Origin: a virus
Lineage: Duplodnaviria > Caudoviricetes
Virus record (IMG/VR): IMGVR_UViG_3300025410_000022
Coordinates: 1-55,687 of that record
Length of the DNA stretch: 55,687 nucleotides
Direction: 5' to 3' (one strand)
In this document: positions 1 through 7,868 of the stretch, in pieces
How positions within the stretch are numbered: position 1 is the first letter of the stretch
Layout: every line of letters begins with the position of its first letter
Notes under the pieces: model-generated
What the model saw: only the letters and a program-made list of their open reading frames with translations
What the model was told of the DNA's origin: nothing
Database searches by the model: none
Position numbers and translations under genes: made by a program

Positions 1-29
1 CTCCACCGGGGGGGGGCGATTTTGCCCGC
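1..29. repeat. Terminal direct repeat, left copy (circular assembly overlap)
   Basis: CTCCACCGGGGGGGGGCGATTTTGCCCGC is identical at 1-29 and 55659-55687. Confidence 0.95.
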
Positions 30-51
30 TCCATATATAAGGACCACCAAT

Positions 52-1164
52 ATGAACGCTATCACCTCCACCTTGATGACCGCTTCCAACCAGTGGGCTA
101 GCCGCCCGGCGGACCAGCGGTTCACTTCCCTCACTGATATCCTGGCGTATAAGCGCACCCTCCGGGCCCGCAGTCGCAGCACGGTCATCTCGACCAAGCA
201 ACTGGAAGTACAGCCGGTGGGCACCGATCACAAGGGTATTCAAGTGGTCAACCGCGTCACCGGCAACGCCGCCGCTCCATCCCACTACTCGTTTGGTCAA
301 CTCGCCACCCTGGCGAAGGCCCCCGCTGGCTATCTCCGCACTCTCCCGAGCGAGATGGCGGCGGACTGCATTAATTACGGCCTGCTCGCCCGTGACGTCG
401 AGGAGGTGGGCCTGTATCTCCAGAAGCCTGACCAGGACGTGACCTTGGCCGCGGCCACCGGCCCGAATTATGGACGCATCTTTGATGCCGACATCGTCGC
501 CGCCCTGGTGGACCGCTTTGGCGATGGCGTGACCGGCGCTTTCCGTGTGCCTGGCATTTTCGGCGCTCCTCTGGATCGGGTCACCAGCCAGGACACTACC
601 TTGTATGCGTCGGACCGCGATTGCTTCATTTTCCTGGCGGACGAGGCCAATCGTATCGAGGTTCCTGGCCGCCGGGACGGCCAGCCGGGCAGCCTGGCGC
701 GGGGCTTTTTCGTTTGGAACTCCGAGGTTGGCAACGCCACGTTCGGCATCCAGACGTTCTTATTCGACTATGTCTGCAAAAACCGCATTGTGTGGGGTGC
801 CCAGGACGTCAAGAAGATGACCATTCGGCACACCAGCGGCGCGCCTGATCGTTATATCCATGAGGTGGCACCGGCGCTGATCCAATACGCTAACTCCTCG
901 ACCCGCTCGATCACCGAGGCCCTGGCTGCGGCGCGCACCAAGAAAATTGACGATGACGTCAATGACTTCCTGGCCGCTCGCCGCTTCACCCGCTCCCAGG
1001 TGGCCGCCATCCAAGCTACGCACGAACTGGAAGAGGGCCGCCCGATTGAGACCCTCTGGGACGCCGCCACGGGGATCACCGCCTACGCTCGCCAGTTCGT
1101 CAACACTGACACGCGGATCGACCTGGAGCGCCAGGCGGGCGACATCTTTGCCATGGCGTCATAA
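52..1164 (+). CDS. DUF932/DUF945-like early phage protein
   Basis: ATG at 52 after AAGGA; motifs LYASDRDCFIFL, RGFFVWNSEVG, FLFDYVCKNRIVWG, IRHT and TLWDAATGITAYAR. Confidence 0.75.
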   Translation: MNAITSTLMTASNQWASRPADQRFTSLTDILAYKRTLRARSRSTVISTKQLEVQPVGTDHKGIQVVNRVTGNAAAPSHYSFGQLATLAKAPAGYLRTLPSEMAADCINYGLLARDVEEVGLYLQKPDQDVTLAAATGPNYGRIFDADIVAALVDRFGDGVTGAFRVPGIFGAPLDRVTSQDTTLYASDRDCFIFLADEANRIEVPGRRDGQPGSLARGFFVWNSEVGNATFGIQTFLFDYVCKNRIVWGAQDVKKMTIRHTSGAPDRYIHEVAPALIQYANSSTRSITEALAAARTKKIDDDVNDFLAARRFTRSQVAAIQATHELEEGRPIETLWDAATGITAYARQFVNTDTRIDLERQAGDIFAMAS

Positions 1165-1293
1165 CCCCACCCCATACCCCCCGCTCGCGGGAGCCAGGCC
1201 CAGACCACAGAACGTGGCTGGGCCATAGGCGTCAGCGGCGGTCTCCGCCGCGCAATCGGGCCCCAGGCCCCTCACTCAACAAGGCAGGTTCCC

Positions 1294-1986
1294 ATGACCG
1301 ATACTTCCGCTTCCCAGGCCGCCCAGGCCCCCACCCAACCCCCCGCACCCCCCGCACCCCCCGCACCCCCCCGGTCATACCGGGCGGAATTTTCCACCGA
1401 CAAGGGCCGGACTTTCGCCAGCAATGCGCTCCGCTTCGCCACCCAGGCGGAAGCCATCAGCTACACTCGGGATTTATACGCCCGGTGGATGGCCGTCACC
1501 GACTGCCAGGTGGTGGGCACCATGGACGCCGTCACCTACCGCTACGTCCCCGGCCTGGGCGCGGTGGCAATAACCGAGGCCCCCGTCACTCCGGCGGCCC
1601 CCCAGGTCCTCGAGGTTCACTCTTCTGTGGACTACAGCGAGGGCGTGACGGCGGTGCAGTACCTGGCCGGTGCGCTGATCTATATCGGCAGCATGGTCCG
1701 GGAGGGCGGCGACCACGCCGAGGAAATCGCTCGGGTGAGCAACGCGCCCAACCTGTTCTGGCACAATGCCCGCCCGGCGGACATGGTGGCGTTTCGCGTC
1801 CAGGGCCGGGGCCGGTTCCCCGTCGATATGCTCCGACACGATTGCGCCGTGCCCGCCGGGCCGGACGATGCATATTGCGTGGTCGAGGCCACTGACCGGC
1901 GGACGGTCACCCTGCTCGCCTGGCGCGCCAATGACGTCACTCCGGCCCGGTGGGCGTCCTTTGGCTGGCAGGTGCTGCTCGACTAG
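1294..1986 (+). CDS. Hypothetical early protein, apparently multi-domain
   Basis: 230 aa ORF with Pro/Ala N-terminal linker; NALRFATQAEA segment and RFPVDMLRHD...TPARWASFGW segment. Confidence 0.75.
   Translation: MTDTSASQAAQAPTQPPAPPAPPAPPRSYRAEFSTDKGRTFASNALRFATQAEAISYTRDLYARWMAVTDCQVVGTMDAVTYRYVPGLGAVAITEAPVTPAAPQVLEVHSSVDYSEGVTAVQYLAGALIYIGSMVREGGDHAEEIARVSNAPNLFWHNARPADMVAFRVQGRGRFPVDMLRHDCAVPAGPDDAYCVVEATDRRTVTLLAWRANDVTPARWASFGWQVLLD
1339..1370. repeat. 9-bp tandem repeat (CCCCCGCAC x3) encoding PPA repeats
   Basis: Read directly in the sequence. Confidence 0.8.
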
Positions 1987-2020
1987 CCCACCGGCCCCAT
2001 AACCCGCCGAAAGGCCCCCG

Positions 2021-2050
2021 GCCCCAGAGCGCGACAGCGCCTGGGGCTTT
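2021..2050 (+). terminator. Stem-loop, weak terminator or processing site
   Basis: GCCCCAG-AGCGC-GACA-GCGC-CTGGGGC followed by TTT, between two genes. Confidence 0.4.
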
Positions 2051-2091
2051 GGGCTGCCAGGATTGGCCTGGCACGCAAGAAGGAACTAACC

Positions 2092-2883
2092 ATGGTAAAA
2101 ATTAACTATGCCCACCGCTGGTGGGCCATCCCTCGCGGGGCGCTGCCTTCCCAGGCCGCCACCGCGCTCAACCTCATATCATCCGGCGAGAGCCGTCCCG
2201 CCTGGGGCAATATTGTCAGCCAGGATACTCTGTTGTTTTGCACTACGCTCCCAATCCGGGATGGGCGCGAGCACCTGGTAGAGAATGATTCCTTCACCAT
2301 GGCGGTCAAAGAATACCACCGCCTGTTCGATGGCACCCAGATGAGCCGCGTGATGTATGGCACCACCCTTTTCTTTGTCTGGGCCAAGGCCCCCCAGGTG
2401 AAAATTCGGGCCTGGCGGCCCCCGGCCAGCAACGTGCCGCGATATCATCAGAGCGTCTACATTGACGGTGTCTGGCGCGCCACGTTCAACCCCTCAGCAT
2501 GGAGCCGGGAATATTCCCTGGTCGATGCCCTGGACTGGGGCCCCGTTAAAATTGACCCTACACGCAATCGCCGCGTCGAGCTCAGCCAGAAGGCTGAGAT
2601 GGCCCCCATGATCCAGTACCTCTTGTGGTTCGACCGCATCCCCACCCTGGAGAGCATCGAGGCCGCCAAGAAGGCCGCCCTGGCAGAGCGCCAGGAGCGG
2701 GAGGCTGCCCGCGAGGCTGAAGAGCGCGAGAACAAGCGCCTCTGGCGCATCCAGGAACAGGCCGAGGCCCTGTTGGAAGCCACTGAACAATTGCTCGCCA
2801 TCACGCCCGTTAAGGGCAACGAAACCCTGATCGCCCTTGCGCTCCACACGGTGCGCCTGGCGAAGGGGGAGATACTGCTATGA
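2092..2883 (+). CDS. Hypothetical early protein with C-terminal coiled coil
   Basis: AAGGA RBS; 263 aa; E/R/A-rich helix. Confidence 0.75.
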   Translation: MVKINYAHRWWAIPRGALPSQAATALNLISSGESRPAWGNIVSQDTLLFCTTLPIRDGREHLVENDSFTMAVKEYHRLFDGTQMSRVMYGTTLFFVWAKAPQVKIRAWRPPASNVPRYHQSVYIDGVWRATFNPSAWSREYSLVDALDWGPVKIDPTRNRRVELSQKAEMAPMIQYLLWFDRIPTLESIEAAKKAALAERQEREAAREAEERENKRLWRIQEQAEALLEATEQLLAITPVKGNETLIALALHTVRLAKGEILL

Positions 2884-3098
2884 CAACTAGCCCTTGGAAC
2901 CGGCTCCGCCGCCGCCGCAAGCGTGAGGACGCACTAGCCTTCGCCGTCCGCAAGATCGAGGCCATGGCCGCCTGGCATGAGACGAACCGGGAAGGCATGA
3001 TTGACGCCGCTACCTATGCCCGCAAGATGATCCTGGCGGGCTGGCCTGAGAGCCTGGGGCACCAGTACGTTGGCGTCAAAAAGCGAGAGCGGTACTAA
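2880..3098 (+). CDS. Hypothetical protein
   Basis: ATGA overlap with the upstream stop; GGAG RBS. Confidence 0.65.
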   Translation: MTTSPWNRLRRRRKREDALAFAVRKIEAMAAWHETNREGMIDAATYARKMILAGWPESLGHQYVGVKKRERY

Positions 3099-3122
3099 GG
3101 GGGTCCATTGATATTACCAACT

Positions 3123-3153
3123 AGCCCGGCACCTGGTGCCGGGCTTTCTTTTT
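3123..3153 (+). terminator. Rho-independent terminator
   Basis: AGCCCGGCAC-CTG-GTGCCGGGCT followed by TTCTTTTT. Confidence 0.85.
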
Positions 3154-3170
3154 GCCCGCACCTCGCACCT

Positions 3171-3189
3171 TAACTTTACAAAAAGTTAT
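3171..3189. promoter_or_regulatory. Palindromic operator-like site upstream of the cro-like/pol operon
   Basis: TAACTTT-ACAA-AAAGTTA-T; related copies at 53292 and 55632. Confidence 0.5.
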
Positions 3190-3275
3190 AACACTTTCAT
3201 TTTGCGTGACCGCTTCCGGCACCATATCTTAATGGGGCAGGCGCGCCGCCGCCTGCTCTTGCCAGGAGATGACCA

Positions 3276-3500
3276 GTGCCTAGACGTGTTCAAGATGCCA
3301 TCCTTCACCCCGTCGATATACCGGCGTTTTATGAACGCACCGGGCTCGCCCAGGTGACCCTGGCGAAAGCCTTGGGGGTGAGCGTCCAAACCGTCTGGCG
3401 CTGGTCGAAAGACGGCAAGGTCCCCCTGCTGGTGGCGTATGCCCTGCATGGGTTGGAAACCGCAGTAGCAGCCAGGCGCGCCCAGCAGGACGTGCAGTAA
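3276..3500 (+). CDS. Cro/XRE-like helix-turn-helix regulator
   Basis: GLAQVTLAKALGVSVQTVWRW HTH pattern; AGGAG RBS before GTG. Confidence 0.8.
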   Translation: MPRRVQDAILHPVDIPAFYERTGLAQVTLAKALGVSVQTVWRWSKDGKVPLLVAYALHGLETAVAARRAQQDVQ

Positions 3501-3524
3501 TCAAGTGAACCGAGACCGTCGCAC

Positions 3525-5312
3525 ATGCCGTTGATCACTCTCGACTTCGAAACCTACTGGTCAGCCGATTATACGTTGTCGAAGATGACGACCGAGGCCT
3601 ATGTCAGGTCCCCGCAGTTCCACGCCCAGATGGTGGGCATCAAGATCGATGATGGTCCGGCCCAGGCTTTTCGACCCACCCAGGCGCTCAATGATCCCCG
3701 GCTCCGCCGCCTGATCGAGACCTCTGGCGTGCTGTTCCACCACAGTCACTTTGACGCTTTCATCCTGGCGCACCATTTCGGGCTAAAGCCCGCCTTTATA
3801 TTCGACACGCTCTCCATGGCGCGCCTGGTGCTACCGGAACTCAAGAGCCATTCACTGGCGGCCCTGGCCCGCGTGTTCAACCTGGCCGACAAGCGGTCCG
3901 ACATTCTGATGCAGTTCAAGGGCAAGCGTAACCTGACGGACGATGACTTCGCCATTTTGGGGCCCTATTGCACCCATGACGTTGACCTGACCTATACGAT
4001 CTTCAAGCGGATGCTGCCCGCCGTCCCCAAGGATGAGTTGAAGATCATTGACCTGACGACCCGGATGTTTAGTGAACCGAGGCTGCGGCTCGACGTCCCC
4101 AGGACTGAGACCTTTCTGAACGATTTGAAAACCGCGAATGTTACGCGGCTGGCCGCCCTGGGGGTCACCAAGGAAGACCTGTCTTCCTCCGCCCGGTTCA
4201 GTGAATTGCTCGAGCAGGCCGGGGCCGAGGTGCCCATGAAGCCCAGCCCGGCGAACCCTGACACTGAGATACCGGCGCTCGCCAAGACTGACGAGGGCAT
4301 GAAGGCCCTGCTCGAGCATGAGAGCGAGACCGTCCAACTGTTGGCCGCCGCTCGCCTGGGCGTCAAGTCCACCATCAATGAGACCAGGGCAGAACGTCTG
4401 CTCGACGCCAATTACCGTGGGGCCCTGCCCATCTATCTGAAGTACTGGGGCGCGCATACAGGCCGCATGTCCGGCGCGGACGGGATGAACTGGCAGAACC
4501 TGACGCCAGCCCTCAAGAAAACCGTGGTCGCGCCGCCTGGCTATCGCATCTGTACCGTCGATTCCTCCCAGGTGGAATGCCGCGGGGTCAATTGGCTGGC
4601 CGGACAGAACAGCGTTCTTGATCAATTTCGCCAGGGTGTGGACATCTATTCGGTCAACGCCAGCCTGTTCTACGGGTACGCGGTGAGCAAGGCGGACCCG
4701 GCGACCAAGAAAGAACGCCATTTCGGCAAGACCCTGGAATTGGCCTGCGGCTTCGGCATGGGCGACAAGACCTTCCGGGTCCGCGCCAAGATGGCGGGCA
4801 TTGACCTGACTGAGGATGAAGCGCGCCGCGCTATTGATCTGTACCGGGGCCTCCACCCCCAGGTGGTGGCTTACTGGAAGCAGGCGGGCCAGGTGATCGA
4901 GCATTTGCATTCGGGCGTTGATTTCGCCTGGGGCCCGCTCCGCATTCACCGGCACTGCATCTATCTGCCCAACGGCGCGCCGCTGGTCTACCGGGGCCTG
5001 GAGAAGGGCGGCCGGGAATGGAAGCTGGTCTGGGGCAAGGGCGTGAAGCGCATCTACGGGCCGCTGCTGGTCGAGAACGTCACCCAGGCGTTGTTTTCTG
5101 GTCTGCTGATCCGCGAGGCGCTGACGCGCATCGCTGCCCGGTACCCAGTGGTGCTGACCGTCCACGATGACATTTCCTACCTGGCCCCCGAGGATGAAGC
5201 CGAGGAAGCCCTGGCCTTCGGCCTGGAGCAGATGCGGATGATTCCCTGGTGGGCTGATGACCGGCTACCCCTCGACGCTGAAGGAGGTCATAGTGAACGG
5301 TATGACAAGTAG
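3525..5312 (+). CDS. polA: Family A DNA polymerase with 3'-5' exonuclease domain
   Basis: ExoI LDFET, ExoII HHSHFD, ExoIII YCTHD; HTGRMSG...NWQNL; motif A DSSQVECR; motif B RHFGKTLELACGFG; motif C VHDD. Confidence 0.95.
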   Translation: MPLITLDFETYWSADYTLSKMTTEAYVRSPQFHAQMVGIKIDDGPAQAFRPTQALNDPRLRRLIETSGVLFHHSHFDAFILAHHFGLKPAFIFDTLSMARLVLPELKSHSLAALARVFNLADKRSDILMQFKGKRNLTDDDFAILGPYCTHDVDLTYTIFKRMLPAVPKDELKIIDLTTRMFSEPRLRLDVPRTETFLNDLKTANVTRLAALGVTKEDLSSSARFSELLEQAGAEVPMKPSPANPDTEIPALAKTDEGMKALLEHESETVQLLAAARLGVKSTINETRAERLLDANYRGALPIYLKYWGAHTGRMSGADGMNWQNLTPALKKTVVAPPGYRICTVDSSQVECRGVNWLAGQNSVLDQFRQGVDIYSVNASLFYGYAVSKADPATKKERHFGKTLELACGFGMGDKTFRVRAKMAGIDLTEDEARRAIDLYRGLHPQVVAYWKQAGQVIEHLHSGVDFAWGPLRIHRHCIYLPNGAPLVYRGLEKGGREWKLVWGKGVKRIYGPLLVENVTQALFSGLLIREALTRIAARYPVVLTVHDDISYLAPEDEAEEALAFGLEQMRMIPWWADDRLPLDAEGGHSERYDK

Positions 5313-5472
5313 TTTCGACGTTGAAAAACTGATCCGGGAACTGGAGCGCCAGGCGGATAACGCCTGGCAGGCCTCACGGTTTTTCAACGGGCCTGAGAGC
5401 GTAATTCTCCAGGTAAAGCAGCAAACCCTGCTCGGCATCGTTTCCGCCATCCGAAAGGCCCAAAATGAGTAA
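5293..5472 (+). CDS. Small hypothetical protein
   Basis: AGGAGG before GTG at 5293 (alternative ATG at 5302); fills the gap between pol and the nuclease. Confidence 0.55.
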   Translation: MNGMTSSFDVEKLIRELERQADNAWQASRFFNGPESVILQVKQQTLLGIVSAIRKAQNE

Positions 5473-6157
5473 GCGCCTGTTCCACCCGTGGTCTTATTCG
5501 TTCTTGTCGAGCGTTGAGACATGTCCACGGCAAGCCTATGGCCGTTATGTGGAAAAGATCAGGGAGTCGGATACCGCGGCCACTTTGTGGGGCACCGCCG
5601 TCCATGAGGCGCTGGAAAATTATGTCCGCGATGGGGTGCCGCTCGGAGAGCAGTTCACCCAGTACCAGGCCCTGGCTGGGAGCATCCGCTCCCGCACCGG
5701 GCTGACCCCGTCCATGCGTACCTTTTGCGAACATGAGATGGGTGTAGACGAGAACTGGCAGCCCTGTGATTTTCACGGGCCCGAGGTCTATGGGCGCGGC
5801 ATCGCTGACGTCCTGATGGTCATGGGGGGGTTCGCCTGGATTGGGGACTGGAAGACGGGGAAGGTCAAAGAAAACAGTTTCCAAGTGTCGGTGTTCGCCG
5901 CCCTGGTGTTTACCCACTTCCCCGAGGTCCAGCGGATCACGGCCAACAACATCTGGCTGAAGACCGGCCAGGTGGGTAAGAGCCACGTCTTTGAGCGCCA
6001 CGACCTGGCCGACATCAAAAAAGAGATTGAGATGCGCGTTGACGAGGTGCGGATGCATGAGGCTTTGGGCGGACCCTGGCCCGCCCGGCCATCCGGCTTG
6101 TGCCGGGGATGGTGTTCCGTAACCAATTGCGCCCACTGGCAGCCCAAGAGGGAATGA
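5465..6157 (+). CDS. Cas4-like PD-(D/E)XK exonuclease, probable 4Fe-4S
   Basis: WSYS...CPR, GTAVHEALE, RGIADV, IGDWKTGK, C-terminal LCRGWCSVTNC. Confidence 0.9.
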   Translation: MSKRLFHPWSYSFLSSVETCPRQAYGRYVEKIRESDTAATLWGTAVHEALENYVRDGVPLGEQFTQYQALAGSIRSRTGLTPSMRTFCEHEMGVDENWQPCDFHGPEVYGRGIADVLMVMGGFAWIGDWKTGKVKENSFQVSVFAALVFTHFPEVQRITANNIWLKTGQVGKSHVFERHDLADIKKEIEMRVDEVRMHEALGGPWPARPSGLCRGWCSVTNCAHWQPKRE

Positions 6158-6413
6158 TGAACCTTCGCGAACAGATTTTGGACGAATTCCCCGACGATGA
6201 ATTTATTTTCTTCGAAGGGTTAGACGAGGCTATCGCGGGCGTAGTGACGATCCATACCATGGGCCCTCGCGTAGTTTACGACCGGAAAAGGTCATCGAAA
6301 TTCTGGCGAGAGACATGGGGGCCGAGGACGCGGACGAGTTCTGCTCCTTCAACATCGACTGCCTATGGGCGGGCGAGGGTACGCCCGGCTTTCTTTGGAC
6401 CCCGGAGGATTAA
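6154..6413 (+). pseudogene. Small phage protein interrupted by a 1-nt frameshift near 6285
   Basis: Frame 0 reads ...EGLDEAIAGV...VVYDR; the -1 frame continues EKVIEILARDMGAEDADEFCSFNIDCLWAGEGTPGFLWTPED* and stops just before the next ATG. Confidence 0.7.
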
Positions 6414-6414
6414 A

Positions 6415-6606
6415 ATGGCGGTTATCGAACTTCCCATGACCCCGGCGGATTTTTCCGCTCGCATGAACCGGATTGTTGAGACCTACGGGCGGGACCCGGA
6501 AGGATGCCACGTCGAAGCGGACGCTCTGCTTTGCCAGTGTCTGCGGGAAAACGGTTTCGGTGCTGGGGTGGACGTCTTTTTGAACATGCGGAGGAATTAC
6601 AAATGA
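6415..6606 (+). CDS. Small hypothetical protein (MAVIELPMTP...)
   Basis: GGAGG RBS at 6404; DPEGCHVEADALLCQCL motif. Confidence 0.7.
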   Translation: MAVIELPMTPADFSARMNRIVETYGRDPEGCHVEADALLCQCLRENGFGAGVDVFLNMRRNYK

Positions 6607-6806
6607 AACTTCCGCCCATCATCCTCAAGGAATTGGAAAAAATAGGCCTTCCCTGGGCAGTGGAGACCGGCAGACGCCATTTTCACCTCAAGATCAACGG
6701 CCGAACGGCTGCGGTGTTCCCCAAGGGCCACCGGCCTGACTTCGGGCATGGGGTTATGAATTTCCGCGGCGAAATACGTCGCTTTGTTCGCGCCATGGGG
6801 CATTAG
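6603..6806 (+). CDS. Small basic protein, possibly HicA-like fold
   Basis: ATGA overlap; GAGGA RBS; WAVETGRRHFHLKINGRTAAVFP. Confidence 0.6.
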   Translation: MKLPPIILKELEKIGLPWAVETGRRHFHLKINGRTAAVFPKGHRPDFGHGVMNFRGEIRRFVRAMGH

Positions 6807-6840
6807 CATGGATTCGCTTTAAGCTATTGGAGGTCTACGA

Positions 6841-7146
6841 ATGGACGCCGTAAAAACCGAGGCTCAGATCAAGGAAGAGGTCAAAGCCGTCCTCAAGGAT
6901 CGCGGAGCCTGGCACTTCATGCCCCACATGAATGGCTATGGCCGCAGTGGGATTCCCGATTTTATCGTTTGCTACCGGGGCAGGTTCATTGCGTTTGAAA
7001 CGAAACGGCAAGGCAACAAGCCGACGGCTTGGCAAAATCGGGAACTCGACGCCATTGGTAAAGCCCAGGGCCGGGCGTATGTGGTGTACGACGCCGCGTT
7101 TGTTGTCCAGGTCCTGGACGCCATCGATGGGGAAACGGTGTTTTGA
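6841..7146 (+). CDS. VRR-NUC domain nuclease
   Basis: TEAQIKEEV, GIPDFI, FIAFETK, KPTAWQ; GGAGG RBS. Confidence 0.9.
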   Translation: MDAVKTEAQIKEEVKAVLKDRGAWHFMPHMNGYGRSGIPDFIVCYRGRFIAFETKRQGNKPTAWQNRELDAIGKAQGRAYVVYDAAFVVQVLDAIDGETVF

Positions 7147-7382
7147 TGTTTAACCTCGTCATATTCATATGCCAGGCGGCCGCCATAGGCGTTCCGCTTT
7201 GCGTGGCTGTAGCCTTTGACCCGCCGGTGCCGACACTCCAGGCTTGTAATTGGGTGGCCGGGCAATTGATGGAACAGGCGAAACAGGATAACTTAACCGT
7301 TTCTCGGATTTCGTGCAGGGAGGTGCGGAATGCAAGACGTGAGACATTGGGGTATCAAACCCGTCGCGACCAAACGGACTGA
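7146..7382 (+). CDS. Hypothetical protein with hydrophobic N-terminus
   Basis: TGATG coupling with the VRR-NUC gene. Confidence 0.55.
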   Translation: MFNLVIFICQAAAIGVPLCVAVAFDPPVPTLQACNWVAGQLMEQAKQDNLTVSRISCREVRNARRETLGYQTRRDQTD

Positions 7383-7500
7383 TGTTGATCGAGTATGGGA
7401 ACTCCGGGAGAAGGAGACCCCGTACCGAAACGCATTACGTCTTTCTGAATTTAAACAGAAACGGCACCCCTGGAGCCGTTCCGGCCTGGTGGAGGTTTAA
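7330..7500 (+). CDS. Small hypothetical protein, 56 aa (absent from ORF track)
   Basis: GGAGGT RBS; MQDVRHWGIKP...GLVEV*. Confidence 0.5.
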   Translation: MQDVRHWGIKPVATKRTDVDRVWELREKETPYRNALRLSEFKQKRHPWSRSGLVEV

Positions 7501-7680
7501 ATGACCGAGAAACAGCTTCTTGGCATTCTCGCCGGGCTTTTCGCCGGGCTTTTGTTTACCTACGCCGTTCTCAGCGGAGAATGCGTGGACCTGGGCCTGG
7601 CAGGCCTCAATCTAGCCATAGGATGTAACGACCATGCAGAAGAGAGCGTCCAACGAAATCGAATGGGTCACCGGGAATAA
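7501..7680 (+). CDS. Small membrane protein, 59 aa (absent from ORF track)
   Basis: GGAGG RBS; MTEKQLLGILAGLFAGLLFTYAVLSG hydrophobic segment. Confidence 0.55.
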   Translation: MTEKQLLGILAGLFAGLLFTYAVLSGECVDLGLAGLNLAIGCNDHAEESVQRNRMGHRE

Positions 7681-7840
7681 GTACGCCGCTTGGCGTTCGA
7701 CCTCTTATGCCGCGGTCCCGCCAATGCCGCTTTTGTGCGATACTTGCGTCAACCCCAAAGGGCGCGCCATTGTCTGCCGCTCTTGTGAGCCCGAAGCCAC
7801 CGCAAAATACTTTGAATTGCGGGTAAACGTGGTAGACTAA
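7634..7840 (+). CDS. Small putative zinc-finger protein
   Basis: CDTC...CRSC; AGGA RBS. Confidence 0.55.
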   Translation: MQKRASNEIEWVTGNKYAAWRSTSYAAVPPMPLLCDTCVNPKGRAIVCRSCEPEATAKYFELRVNVVD

Positions 7841-7868
7841 ATGCCCTTCCCAGCAGGAGGATTGCAAG

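Noticed and set aside
1-29. 29-bp terminal repeat as a biological DTR
   Set aside because: Its short length and position just before gene 1 fit an assembler k-mer overlap. It supports circular completeness only.
3852-5165. 437-aa antisense ORF (also 49171-50508, 50268-51347 and 13197-14060)
   Set aside because: These are shadow frames opposite well-supported genes in GC-rich DNA and carry no motifs.
3525-5312. Modified-base (Z or 7-deazaguanine) genome
   Set aside because: No PurZ, DatZ, Que/Dpd or hydroxymethylase genes were recognised.
5465-6157. CRISPR-Cas locus
   Set aside because: This is a stand-alone Cas4-like nuclease in a replication module. There is no cas1/cas2 and no repeat-spacer array; the 52-bp and 23-bp repeats have only two copies.
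6100-6606. Single 168-aa ORF from the track
   Set aside because: Better explained as a frameshifted gene plus a separate gene with its own RBS at 6415.
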